This document shows positions 40,401 through 52,979 of a stretch of DNA of 64,000 bases, piece by piece (the stretch's first letter is position 1; each line of letters opens with the position of its first letter). The DNA lies in assembly GCA_951406725.2 (NCBI GenBank), contig OX597842.1:6014001-6078000 (forward strand). The letters run 5' to 3'. This DNA is from Octopus vulgaris. Taxonomy: Eukaryota. The translations under genes and the position numbers were made by a program. Under the pieces are notes generated by a model that saw only the letters and a program-made list of their open reading frames with translations, was not told where the DNA came from and made no database searches.

Positions 40401-43061
40401 ATGAAAAGAAGAGCACAGATTTGCAAATGAACCCCTACTGATACAGAAGAGGACGAGAACGGAGCGTTGGACGGGAGATCCCTGGAGTGGACAATGGTAA
40501 AAGGGAAGAGAAAACAGAGAACGAAAGAAAAAAGCAGCAGCAACACAAGAAAAAATAAATAAAATATAAAAAAGTGACCCTCCCACACAAATACAACATA
40601 AACACGAACACACAAGAACAGAAGCGCCACACTGAAACAAACAGAAACAAAAACAGTAACCAAGGCAACTACACAGTAATAGACGCAAGCAATACAGAAT
40701 CCATGCAGGCAATAAACAATATATTAAACATTGATGAAAACAGCTGTGTCACAGCCACATTCCACAAACCAAAAATTATTACCGTAGAACAAAACACATA
40801 CACACTTTTAAAAGCAAGACACCTGAATGCCATTGGAGAATTTCGGACCTCTATTAAAAGAATAATCTATAAGGTATTACCAACGGTGGGAGCAGCAACC
40901 TGTGACACCTATAGGTAAGTGTTTTTTCTCTCGTTTATCCAACTCGTAGTTGCACTCAGAATAGGCAGATTGAATGCGCGGGAACTGTGCGATCACTGGA
41001 AACAAAATTACCTCCTCAGTGACCTCACGTCTCTACCATTGGATGTGGTGGTCATCAGTGAGGCGAGAGTCGCCGAGGAACGGGTTCTCGCTTCCTTCCT
41101 CAATGGCTATGAGATATTCTTATGTCCAAGTCGGTTGTGATGGGGAGGCCGTCTGGTCATGTTGTTTCGGAGGGGTTTGAACCTCGCAGTACGAGCCATC
41201 TTCATAGACCGAGAGAGTAGGTGTGTGGTGCTGGACGTGGCAAGCAGGGAAGGCTATGCTTTCAGACTAATAGCGGTCTATACCCCGAGCGGGCAGGGTC
41301 GGTCAGAGTTCTTCAGGCGTCTACAGACCTTTCTAGGGACCTCCCACTCCTTAGTGCTAGTGGGGGACTGGAACGGTATCTTAGATGAACGCATAGACTA
41401 AGTGGGATTTAGTAGTGGGAAGCGGGGTGCAAAAAGCCTCTCAAACCTGCTCAGTAGTTTCCAATTAGCTGACAGGTACCGACTAGACCATCTCAATGCG
41501 CCAATGTGGATTTGTTCAAATCGCAACGGGTCGTCCAGATTGTTCTTAGGATTTTCTGCAGATTAGGGAATAGGGATAGCATAGGGTGTCCACATTTTCA
41601 AATAGTCGGCTACACAGACCACAAGTTCGTAGTATGTACGCTCGACCTAGATAGGTTACATAGACAGGGACTTGGCATCTGGAGAAGCAGGTCCATGCCG
41701 TCCAACAGCTACTTGGGGTCTGGTTCGGTCCAGGTGGACAAGAACTGGGACGAGGTGACGATCAGGGTAGCCAAACTCACCCAGAAATGGGCTGAGAGGA
41801 AACTGTCCCTGAAAGATCGGGCGGAGGTGGCGAATACGTACATCGAATCCGTCATCTATTACCGTCTGACCATCGTGCCTTACCCTAAGACACGCCTGAA
41901 GAAGTTGGAGAGTATACTCTTTCGCTTTCTATGGAAGGGGCGCGTTCCTCTTGTCAGGCGGTCCATCTGCTGTCAACAGCCGCTGAGCGGAGGGCTGTGC
42001 ATGCCGCGATTGCTGATACGCAGGCATGCGCTGAGGCTGCAGCATCTCCTTAACGGTGAGCAGGTGTGGTCACCCTTCGTCAGACACGCTTTTCTTCAAC
42101 TCATCTCCTTAACGGAAGTGCAACCTTGGGTCAAGCGGAAACCGAGGGAGGGCGAGTGACATCTTGAGTGCCGAAAAGCCCTCTTAGTCTTCTACCAGTC
42201 GGGCAATGCGGTCGGTAGAAATTCTACCTTAGTGTTTTCTAGGGGGTTAGCGGAGGATAGGTGTGACGACGTACTTGGGGAGACTCTGGGCTTCAATGAG
42301 GATCTTTTTCAGATGACTTTCGGGCCGGGGCCTATGGATAACTTCCAGAAATCCCTAGTCTGGCAATGCTACCGGGGAGCGTTTCCGATTCGGCATAAAC
42401 TCCACAGGCATGGAAGTGCCGTCAGTCGGAGCTGCCCGAGATGCGCACGGAGCGATGAAACCATTCTGCATGCACTCGTCCAGTGTCCGACAATTTCTGA
42501 CGCGTGGGTTTATGTCGAGCACTTGCTGTCACGTGTCGCACGGATCTGGCTAACAACCAAGTCTATTGCTAAGATTGCTCCGCCCTCTTCGGTCGGGAAG
42601 TTTTCATCTGCGTGGTGGCCATGGCGAAAGAAGTTGTGTGGTGGACAAGACTGAAAGGCACTTTACTCTCTGGCGAATCAACTTTTTCATGTTTCACTTG
42701 AAGAGACGGATCAGAGTGGAGAGGGAGGTGCATCCTTCTAGCAAATTTATTGAAAGGTGGATGAGAATGGCGAGCATGGTTCGTGTGAACAGGCCTGCTC
42801 TGAGCATGCGCTTCTGAGTGGCGTAAAAGAGAGAAGAAGCACTTCCCTAAGCGGTGAGGGAAAAATTTCTGTGGTGTTTGCACGGTTTCCCCTTGGAAGT
42901 CCCCCCGCCACTATTGGGGAATTGTATTTGTTTAATTTTATTGTTAATTTTTGTTATTGTTTTATGTTTACTCGGTAAACCCCTCCGTTTGTGTCCGTTT
43001 CTGCCACTGTGTTTGCGCCCCTGTATGTTCTATGTAGGCCCATGTGGCCAGTAAAGAAAAC
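37440..43061 (+). mobile_element. Tx1/L1-clade LINE, both ends present, RT core deleted, degenerate
   Basis: ORF1 remnants, an APE endonuclease (VVVISEAR, FRLIAVYTP, LVLVGDWNGIL, YTDHKFV), the post-RT region KWAERKLSL and the CCHC finger CPRC..ETILHALVQC. An 18-bp TSD attattaaaaaggcggcg lies at 37422-37439 and 43062-43079. Confidence 0.92.
37884..39657 (+). mobile_element. hAT (Buster/Charlie-type) transposon relic nested in LINE ORF1
   Basis: Encodes FSIQVDE, ASDGAPSM, HCLAYRQHL, YHAEVRW, LLAFPTSYLVESGF and DLRLKLT...HQTHGSH. Termini are gcttcccaaa / tttgggaaacactg, with subterminal ggtgggcgat repeats. Confidence 0.92.
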
Positions 43062-43070
43062 ATTATTAAA

Positions 43071-44160
43071 AAGGCGGCGATCTGGCAGAATCGTTACCAC
43101 GCCGAACGAAATGCTTAGCGGCATTTCGTCCGTCTCACGTTCTGACCTCAAATTCCGCCGAGGTCGACTTTGTCTTTTAGCTTTTCGGGATCGATGAATA
43201 AAGTACTAGTGGAGTACTGGGGTCTATGTAATCTACTGTCCCCTCCCCACAAAATGCAGACCTTGTGCCTATAGTAGAAAGGATTATATTCTGCCATCTG
43301 ACACAAAAGGTAATAATGGTTTCTTCTTTTCTTGGATTTGCTCTTCAGTAGAAAAAGAAAGAACAAAACACTAAACAAAAGAAATCAAGAAGAATATTAA
43401 AATGTATTATAAACAAACAAATGAGAGAAAATGAAACGATTGATAAAAGCCCAATAGAAATTTTACGGCAAAATAAACAACTCGTTTGGCAATAATCACA
43501 ACCACGACAACCGCAATAATAACAATAACATTGCGCGTGCACATACCGCGTCGGGCATAAACAGGAATAGCAACGAGTTCGCCTGTCTTTACGTTCTGAG
43601 TTCAAATTCCGCCGAGGTCAGCATTGCCTTTCATTCTTCCGGGCTCGAATAAATAAGTAGCAGTTGAGTACTGGGCTCGATGTAATCGACTTAACCCCGC
43701 CCCCAAGATTGCTGGCCTTGTGTCTAGATTAGAAATGGTTATAATTAAAGACACCGAGTTGGCAGAGTCATTAGTACATCGGATAAAAATGCTTAGTGGC
43801 TTTTCTTCCGGCTTTCTCAGTTCAATTCCGCCAAGGTTAAAATTGCCTTTCATCCATTCTCGGTCGATAAAATAAAAACCAGTCGATGTAATTGATTACC
43901 TCTTCCTACAAAATGTCGGGCCTTGTATCTATATAAGAAATGATTAGGCGTATTAAGAGGGCGAATTGGTAGAATCATTAGCGCGTCGGAAGCAATGCCT
44001 TGCAGAATTATTCCGGACCTTTACGTTCTCTGATCAAATCCCATCGAGGTCAACTTTACTTTTCATCCTTCGTATGTCTGTGTGTGTGTGTGTGTGGGTG
44101 AGGGGGGTGTCAATAAAATACTAGTTAAGTACTGGGATCCATGAAATTGTGTAGCCCCAA
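43071..44160 (+). mobile_element. Cluster of four same-orientation SINE family A copies
   Basis: Copies at about 43071, 43580, 43750 and 43955, with varying divergence. Confidence 0.75.
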
Positions 44161-44231
44161 TCCCCTTCAGTATTCAGATTGTTCTGCTGAATCTAATGTT
44201 TATTCATTCACATTATTTTGAATTAATGATG

Positions 44232-44823
44232 CATTATTTACATTATTTACATTTGACGGATATTTGTCCTCATCTTGTTTGTTGTTAACACAACGTTCCG
44301 GTTGATACACTCTCCAGCCTTCATCAGGTGTCTTGGGGAAATTTCGAACCTGGGTTCTCGTTGTTGTTGTTGTTGTTATTATTATTATTGAGTGAGAGAG
44401 CAGTGCATGCCATCAAAGTGACACTGGGGTAAAATATACGAAGCCCAGTATACCCATCATACCCGTCTGATAAGGGTACACTAGGCACATGCATCACAAC
44501 TATATGTGCGCAACATGGCGATCTCATATCAAGATAAACAGCACAAGACCTTGCAGGTGGGGTCCCAAAGAATCCCTCTCAACACACAGCTATGATGCTC
44601 CCCCACTACTTCTGCTCGTGATCAGATATGAACACATTGTCAGCCACCAATGAACATGGTCAACTGGTTAAGGTCAAACAACTGACAAGAAAATCTGTGG
44701 TATTGAGCAGAATATTTGCTGTAGCCCATCTTTTATACCAAGACAAAATAATGTACATGATAACACTTCCAATCAGTTAAGATCAGAAGCCACGAGAGCT
44801 ACTGCCTGGTACTGCATCAGGGC

Positions 44824-44885
<62 letters not shown>

Positions 44886-45393
44886 TCACTGCCTGAAATT
44901 TTCTATTGGTAGTTTTACTCGAAGGAAATATTTGCGAAGTGTTGTATTATTCTTTGAGTAAAACCACCTCTAGAAGAGAATATGACCACAGCTTTGGTAG
45001 GTTACACAAAGGCGAAATATGCTGCCCCCTCAAAATAAGACTAGAGGAACATCGCAAAGCTGTGACACGAGGAGATATTGATAAATCGGGTATAGCTGAT
45101 CATCTATGGAAAAATGGTGACCACCTCCCCTTGTGGGATGAAGTTAAAATTATCGACAGAGAACACCACTGGAAGATATGAAAACTAAAAGAAGCAGCAC
45201 ATATGCTAGGACATAATAACCTTTTAAGCAGACCGAGTGCAGATATTAGTAGCATGTGGGAACCGGTATTAAGGAAGGATAAGAAAATATTAGATTTATA
45301 AGCCCAAAACTTCACTCCATAATCGCCCATGGCGTAGTGGTTAAGAGCGCGGGAAACTAACTCCAAGATTCTGTGTTCGATTCCAGGCAGTGA

Positions 45394-45458
<65 letters not shown>

Positions 45459-45640
45459 GTAATAACATCGTAAAATACCTTAGGAATGAGAACCCAGGTT
45501 CGAAATTTCCCCAAGACACCTGATAAAGGACGGAGAATATATCAGCCGAAACGCTGTGTTAACAACAAACAAGATGAGGACAAATATCCGTCAAATGTAA
45601 ATAATATACATAATTCCTCATCTTTCAAATATAGAACTAT
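44232..45640 (+). mobile_element. 5'-truncated Penelope-like element with inverted 5' pLTR and tRNA-like, hammerhead-bearing 3' pLTR
   Basis: GIY-YIG region PLKIRLEEHRKAV..KSGIADHLW..WDEVKIIDRE..LKEAAH. tRNA-like head at 45324-45397, hammerhead remnant at 45515-45560, and an inverted copy at 44232-44897. Confidence 0.9.
44390..44827. mobile_element. Unclassified ~440-bp insertion in an (ATT)n tract
   Basis: Interrupts the (TTA)n of the inverted pLTR and is absent from the cognate 3' copy. Confidence 0.6.
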
Positions 45641-45761
45641 ATAATCATGGATTATTTTGTACCATTTTCGCACCAATGATGTGATTGTTAATTTCTAGAA
45701 TGACATTTTATGACATGTGGCCGATTTAAAATTGCTGCCCTGATGTCAAAATTAGAAACCA

Positions 45762-45884
<123 letters not shown>

Positions 45885-45896
45885 CTCCTCCTCCTC

Positions 45897-45948
<52 letters not shown>

Positions 45949-47191
45949 AAGAAGTCGGTTGGACGGGGGTTGCGAGCAGTGACTTCCTGGCACAGATGTG
46001 AAGGGATTTTAAATTCCCGGGCTTACAATCAGCTGTGATGTGGTAAGGTATATTAAACATTGATCATATTTTCCATTGATCTTAACCGAAAGCCTGAGAA
46101 GTGTCAATTAGTCAATTTATTTTCCAGTAAATTTTATATGATTTTGTTGTGTAGGGAGGGTCATCATGCCACACACTGATTCAATTTCACAAATTTATTA
46201 AACATCGATTTCTTTTTGTCAAAGTCCTTTCGCTGCTTTTCTTTTTGGCTTTTTCTTTTGTTTATTAAATTTATTAACTTTTAATGAATAGTTAAAATAT
46301 ATCATCCTGTTAATTTAAGTCTAGACCTTGTGGTTTAAATAATTTGGGATCTATTATTTTAACTTTTCCATTATAATGGCAGTGTATGTGATGGTAGCGG
46401 TGGTGTATGATGGTGATTGTGGTGGTGGCGCATAGGATGGTAGTGTGTGTGGTGGTGGTGGTGGTGGCGTGTGTATGTTTGTGTGGTGTGTATGTGTAGT
46501 GGTGGTGGTGTGTGGTGATGGTGACATGTGTGGAATGGTGGTGGTGGTTGGAGAGGTGGTTTAAGTGTGGTGGTAGCAGTGGTGGTATTGTGTGATGGCG
46601 TGAGGCTGGTGGTTGGAGTGGTGGTGTATGAAGGTGGCAATTGGGTTGGTAGGGGGGATGTTGTTTCCATTGATTTCTCACCACCACCAGTCCACTCGCC
46701 ACTATCCCCATCAACCATGCACACACACACACACACACACAAACACACATACACACACACATGCACAAAATAGGGAGTAGTAAAACAGTTGACAACCGAC
46801 GAGGAGTTATCTTTTGTTGGTATTTTGTCCTCTACTTATCTCTCGTGTGTTCACGTACTTTTTAGTCGTTGATGATGTACTTAATGTGTGTATATATAAA
46901 TATAACTCCAAGAAAGTTAGATGTTGTGAATCCAACCAAACTAAGGGATATCTATCCAATATACTGCCGGTAGAATACCCAATTATTAATACACAAGTGC
47001 TTTTTATTGCATTGCAATTACATTACCGAGTGTACTAAATGGGAGAGGGTAAAGAGATATATTTTGTAATTGTCATTTTAAGTAAATGAATAAATTGACG
47101 TAATATAATGTCTAAAAGTTGATAAACCACCTATTAATCTCCTCCATTTTCTTATTGCTCTCTCTTTCTCTTTCTCTCTCTCTCTCTCTCC

Positions 47192-47234
<43 letters not shown>

Positions 47235-47413
47235 AACCACATGGTACCGGGTTCAGTCCCACTGCGTGGTACATTGGGCAAGCGTCTTCTACTATGGCCT
47301 CCGGCCGACCAAAGCCTTGTGAGTGGATTTGGCAGACGGAAATTGAAACAAGCCCGTCGCATATATATATATGGCCGCAGTCAAATGACTGAAACAAGTA
47401 AAAGAATAAAAGA

Positions 47414-47446
<33 letters not shown>

Positions 47447-47779
47447 GTACTTGTTTCAGTCATTTGACGCGGCCATGCTGAGCACCGCCTTTAGAGTGGT
47501 GAAAGAGTACAGCAGGGATCACCACCATCCCCTGCCGGAGCCTCGTGGAGCTTTTAGGTGTTTTCGCTCAATAAACACACACAACGCCCGGTCTGGGAAT
47601 CGAAACCGCGATCCTCCGACCGCAAGTCCGCTGCCCTAACCACTGGGCCATTGCGCCTCCATTAAAAGTTAATGCAGATTCTGGGTGGGATTGAACCCAT
47701 GATTTTCAATGTGGTTGGCTGCATATGGCCCTTACCCACAGGACCACCAAGACACATATATATATATATATATATCAAA

Positions 47780-48130
47780 TCATGATATAAAAAAATTCAA
47801 TTGTAGAGATAAAATAGCATGTTCTTTGGTGAATAAATGTTCACGTAGAAACATTATATATAAATGTACTGTAAAAATAAGTGCACATATATAAGCATTT
47901 ATAGGTGCAGTTAACGGTAACCTTCAAGAACCGTTGGAGGAACCATGCAGTATCATTTACGATCAGCTGCAAAGGGCAATGCACATATCTTGTAGACCTC
48001 ATATAGGACCTCAAACGGAAAGAAAATACAATACAGCACGACTTGGACAATAATGTGATATGCAAAATCATATAACGCATATTCAAAGGTAATCTAGCCT
48101 CTGCCTTGAGGAGACACTTGATATGATATT
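47780..48130 (+). mobile_element. Penelope-like GIY-YIG fragment
   Basis: Encodes FNCRDKIACSLVNKCSRRNIIYKCTV / FIG / FKNRWRNH. Confidence 0.75.
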
Positions 48131-48351
48131 ATATTGATATAACGTCATGATAAAGTAATCGACAAACTCCCGAATTATTTTAACATATAACCATAGACGT
48201 AAGAGCTCATTTCTGGAATTTACAGAGAACATGTAATGTTCAATGTTATATCGATCCTTTCTTTCTGAAAAGTGTCATTATGATTTGGTGATTACTTCCA
48301 CCGAAAAGATTATACTCTTATTTACCTGAATTATGTGGTTTTCATTATTGC

Positions 48352-48870
48352 AACTAAATTTGTGCCTCGCTTGCTCACAGAAGATCAAAAGTAGTCAGGA
48401 CCGAATGCATGTCGTGAACTGAAAGAACAGTTTGAAGTTGATCCGAACCTTTTTTCGAAGGTAATCACAGGTGACGAAAGCTGGTGCTACGTCTACGATC
48501 CAGAAACGAAGCAGCAATAAAGTCAATAGAAGCATTCAATGTCACCACGCTCTCCAAAAGTGTGTCAAGTGAAGTCCAATGTCAAAGCGATGCTGATTTG
48601 CTTCATCGATGCGAAAAGAATTGTCCACACAGCATTTGTTCCTCCTGGTCAAACAGTTAACCAGACATTTGGCTAGGCAAGTCTGAAGCGTTTGCGAGAT
48701 GAAAACGCCCCGACCTGTGGCTAAAGCGGAAACTGGTGGTTTCATCACGACAGTGCACTTTCGCACAATACCTATAGTATGAGACAGTTTTTGACCAAAA
48801 AGGCATCGTCCCCTTTATCCACCCTCCATTTTCATCCGATCTTGCTCCCTGCACCTCTTTTTGTTCCTCT
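48352..48870 (+). pseudogene. Mariner transposase relic
   Basis: Encodes KFVPRLLT, VITGDESWCYVYDPETKQQ, FVPPGQTVN, WWFHHDSA and HPPFSSDLAPC, with stops and frameshifts. Confidence 0.92.
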
Positions 48871-49149
48871 TCTTCTAATGGATGCGTGGGACGGAAAATT
48901 ATTGATTTGACTTCACACTGTGAAGCGAGAGGAATCGTCAGTAGTATGTATGTATGTATGTATGTATGTATGTATGTATGTATGTATGTATGTATTTTGC
49001 TTACTTCGATTCATCATTAAAATAATTAAAATGATCCGATAAGTTTGTCCTGCCTTGGTTTTGTTTTCCCCTTCCTTTAATTTATATATATTTCTATTTA
49101 TACACCAAGTGAATGAACGCGCGCGCGCATGTGTGTAAATGTGCGGGAG

Positions 49150-49826
49150 AATGAATTTTTTCTGTGTGATAGCAACTATTAATGAACGATTAAGCGACTG
49201 CGATAGGAGCCAAGAACAGTTAAATTTATGAGCAGACTGGCAGGACAAGTCAATATCCCGCTAGAATAATAAGCTGACCACATGTCCTTTGAAGTAAAAC
49301 ACTTTCAGACACAAGAGATAAGCAATTCTTCTAGTTCATATGGTGACAACATTATTACCTTAGAGTGTTAATCTATCTTCATAAGAGGCGAGACATGTCT
49401 GTGCGAAAGAAAAGGCTGCATTTGAGGTTTTGTTCATTTATATTTTATGCTACAGATTTGTAATTTCCATTCATTAATTTTGGTATATTTATTTATTTTA
49501 TAATTTACGTTTTTGATCTTTATTACCATTAATTTATTTAGCATTTTTTATAACTTGTGTCTATTGGAATCTATGTGTTGCTCTTCGTCAAGGGAAAGCT
49601 AAAAATAGAATATGAATATATGAATGGGAAACTATCGGTGATCCAGCAACGTTCTCTAAGTCACTCACCTGATGACATGTGAGTATACAGCTATTGCTGG
49701 TTCATATTTGCATCATATGTAATAATATGTATCATTTGTGAAACACTCAGCTAACAGCTGAAACCACTGTTGTGAATTGGATTAAAGCCTGTTCATCCCA
49801 TCGTCTTGTATTATAAATTTTTGCTA
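49150..49826 (+). mobile_element. Degenerate PLE 3' end with long-stem-II hammerhead-like motif
   Basis: cac CTGATGA ... GAAAC cact GTT gtg at about 49667-49775. Confidence 0.45.
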
Positions 49827-49858
49827 CACACACGCACACACACAAATATATATATATA

Positions 49859-49918
<60 letters not shown>

Positions 49919-51342
49919 TGTGTGTGTGTGAAATATAACGTGTCTTGAATGGCACAACAATGCAGAGTGGACTATAATAACCGTTATAATTTAATTATCC
50001 ATAGCCTGATATAATAACATTTTGAAATATAAGAATTCCTTCTTCAGATATCGCTGAGGAATTGATCGAGTCACTACTATAATCGGTTTTCCAACGGTTA
50101 CTGAATTTTTTTTTTTTTTCGGAAGCGCCTCTGCATTGGTTTCACGAAGCTTTTTCCGGAATTCTTTTCATGAGAAGTGCGTAAGGGCGGCCATGTCTCG
50201 CGCTCGTGTGTGTTGGCACATCTGCAACGCTGCTTCTAAGTTATGTATTATAGATGCAGTTTCTTTTTTTTTAACCTAGTACTTACTATCGATCTCTTTC
50301 TCTCCCTCTCTTGTTACGGGGACGTTAACAAACCAATATCGGCTGTCGAGTGAAGATGGGGGACAGATACAAGTAGAAGACACACACATACATAGACATA
50401 CGCGGGGTTCTTTCAGTTTCTTTCTACCAAATCTACCCGCGGGGCTTTGGCTGCCATGGGATACAACAGAAAATACTTGCCCAAGGTGCCACGCAGTAGA
50501 ACTGAATATGGAAACGTGGGTGAACGACAAACTTATCACCCACCCACGTCCGCATCTATATACGTATATATATATATCCAGTCATACATGCACACATACA
50601 CACACACACAGATACATACAAATATACATATACATACATACATACATACATACATACATACATACATACATACATACATACATACATACATACATACATA
50701 CATACAAAAATAACCTGTTGATGTTGAAATTCCAATAAAGGAACCTTGGATCTAGGTTAAAAACCGACTCCTCTATTGGCAAAAAAATCTTGAAATAAAA
50801 CTGAATAATGATATTCATACAATGATTGCATACATGGGAGAGTAAGGAATGATTTGACGGAGAATTGGTTAGTATTTCTACAAGGTCTAGATATCATGAA
50901 GAGGTCTACCTCATTAAGCCTGTAGGAATATTAATGAAATTGGCGTGATTTTAGCTGATTCTCAAACCTATAAGTATTGCAATTAACGGGACTCAGAGCA
51001 TTTTAAAAAGCCTGGTGCGAATGAAAGAGCTGTCTACAGGGTACCTCGACGTGCTATTACTAGCAGCCAAATCACCTTCACATTCCGCCCTCTAAACGCG
51101 CACAAGCATAACTACTGTTGTCGCTGGATGTACATGAATGAAAGAATAGTCAAGAATAAAACGTGTTAGAATGAAAGGGATAGTTGTGGTGGTGATTATG
51201 GTGATAATATTGTGGCTGCTGTGGTAGTGAGGAGGACCAAAATGCCGATAGAGTTATGTGGGTTCGATTCCGAGTGAAATATGTTCATTGATAATAGCGA
51301 TATGATGTTGGGGATGGTATTGGTGGTGGTGGTGGTGATGGT

Positions 51343-51575
51343 AAGGCGGCGAGCTGGCAGAAACGTTAGCACGCCGGGCGAAATGCTTAGCGGTATTTCG
51401 TCTGCCGTTATGTTGTGAGTTCAAATTCCGCCAAGGTCGACTTTACCTTTCATCCTTTCGGGGTCGATAAATTAAGGACCAGTTACGCACTGGGGTCGAT
51501 GTAATCGACTTAATACCTATGTCTGTCCTTGTTTGTCCCCTCTATGTTTAACCCCTTGTGGGTAATAAAGAAATA
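51343..51575 (+). mobile_element. SINE family A, full length with Tx1-like tail
   Basis: Matches the 8318 copy. Confidence 0.9.
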
Positions 51576-51973
51576 GGTGGTGGTGGCAGTTGCAGTAGTG
51601 GTAGTAATAGTGGTGGTGGTGGTGGTAGTGGTGGTGACGACGACGATGACTAGAGGGTGATGAGAGACGACAAAAATGATGGTTATGATAACTATGACGG
51701 CAACGACGATGATGATGATTACGTTGGTCGTGGTGGTGATGAACTGAAAGTAGCGGTGTCGATGGTAGTAATTGTGAAAATATGTGAATGTGTTTGTGCG
51801 TACGTGTTTAGTGTCGGTGGTGAAGGTGGTTGTGTCGATGGTGAAGGCTGTGAGAAGAGACGATAGAGTTGGTAGAGAAGGGGCGGAAGAAAAAAAACTG
51901 GGTCAGAACCGTGGTTCACCGCTCAGGGGCAGTTCTCTCTGCTGCAGCGGTTAGAGTAGATTCAAGTCCTTGC

Positions 51974-52001
51974 ACCGGAAGTGACGCGCCGATGACGTCA
52001 T
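51974..52001. promoter_or_regulatory. ETS-CRE composite site plus full CRE (candidate)
   Basis: ACCGGAAGTGACG followed by ATGACGTCAT. Confidence 0.45.
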
Positions 52002-52979
52002 TGAGGGCTCGGATGGCTTTCGGTAAAATAGGAGTTGCATTAAGACTGACAGGATGTTCTTGTGACTATGCACGTATGTATGTATGTATGTATGTGTGTA
52101 TGTATGTATGTATGTATGTATGTATGTGTGTGTGTATGTATGTAAGTATGTATGCATGTATGTATGTATGTATGTATGTATGTATGTATGTATGTATGTA
52201 TGTATGTATGTATGTATGTATGTGTGTGTGTGTATGTATGTAAGTATGTATGTGTGTGTGTATGTATGTATGTTTGTATGTATGTACATATATACATGCA
52301 TACATAGACATATATATGTATACACACATATGAACGTATGTGTACATATATTTATGAATAACATCATTATATATTACACATACACACATATTTATGCATT
52401 TACATATCATTATATATTATACATACACACACATATATACACACACACAAACATGTATATATACTCATATAAATACATAATACATATATATGTATATATA
52501 AATGCATGCATGTATGTATATATGTGTGTGTTCGTGTGTGTGCACACGCGCGCGCATACCCATACATACACTCATATCAAATGTATGGGCGTAGCCAGGA
52601 TCTCCACCGGAGGGGTGTTCTCTGGTTCATTAAAAGAGATCCACCATTAACCGTTTAATTTGCAAAAACACAACATTAAAATAAAAGTTAGATAATAATT
52701 ATTCTGGCATGGTACGACCTTGTGGTACCCCTGCAGGGTACGGAGGTGCATGTACACACACACACATGTATATATATATATATATATCGTGTGTAGCCAT
52801 GTAGTTAGGGTGTGGGTCTCACTATTATAAGGTTATGAATTCGATTCCTGACCTGGGTAGCGCGATGCGTCCTTGAGCAAGGTTAATAACTGCTCGTTAC
52901 TCCAGTCAACTCAGCTGTTTTTAAACCCTAAGTTTTCCATTTAATTTCTATCAAAACGTCTTAATCTCCATATAAGGTT

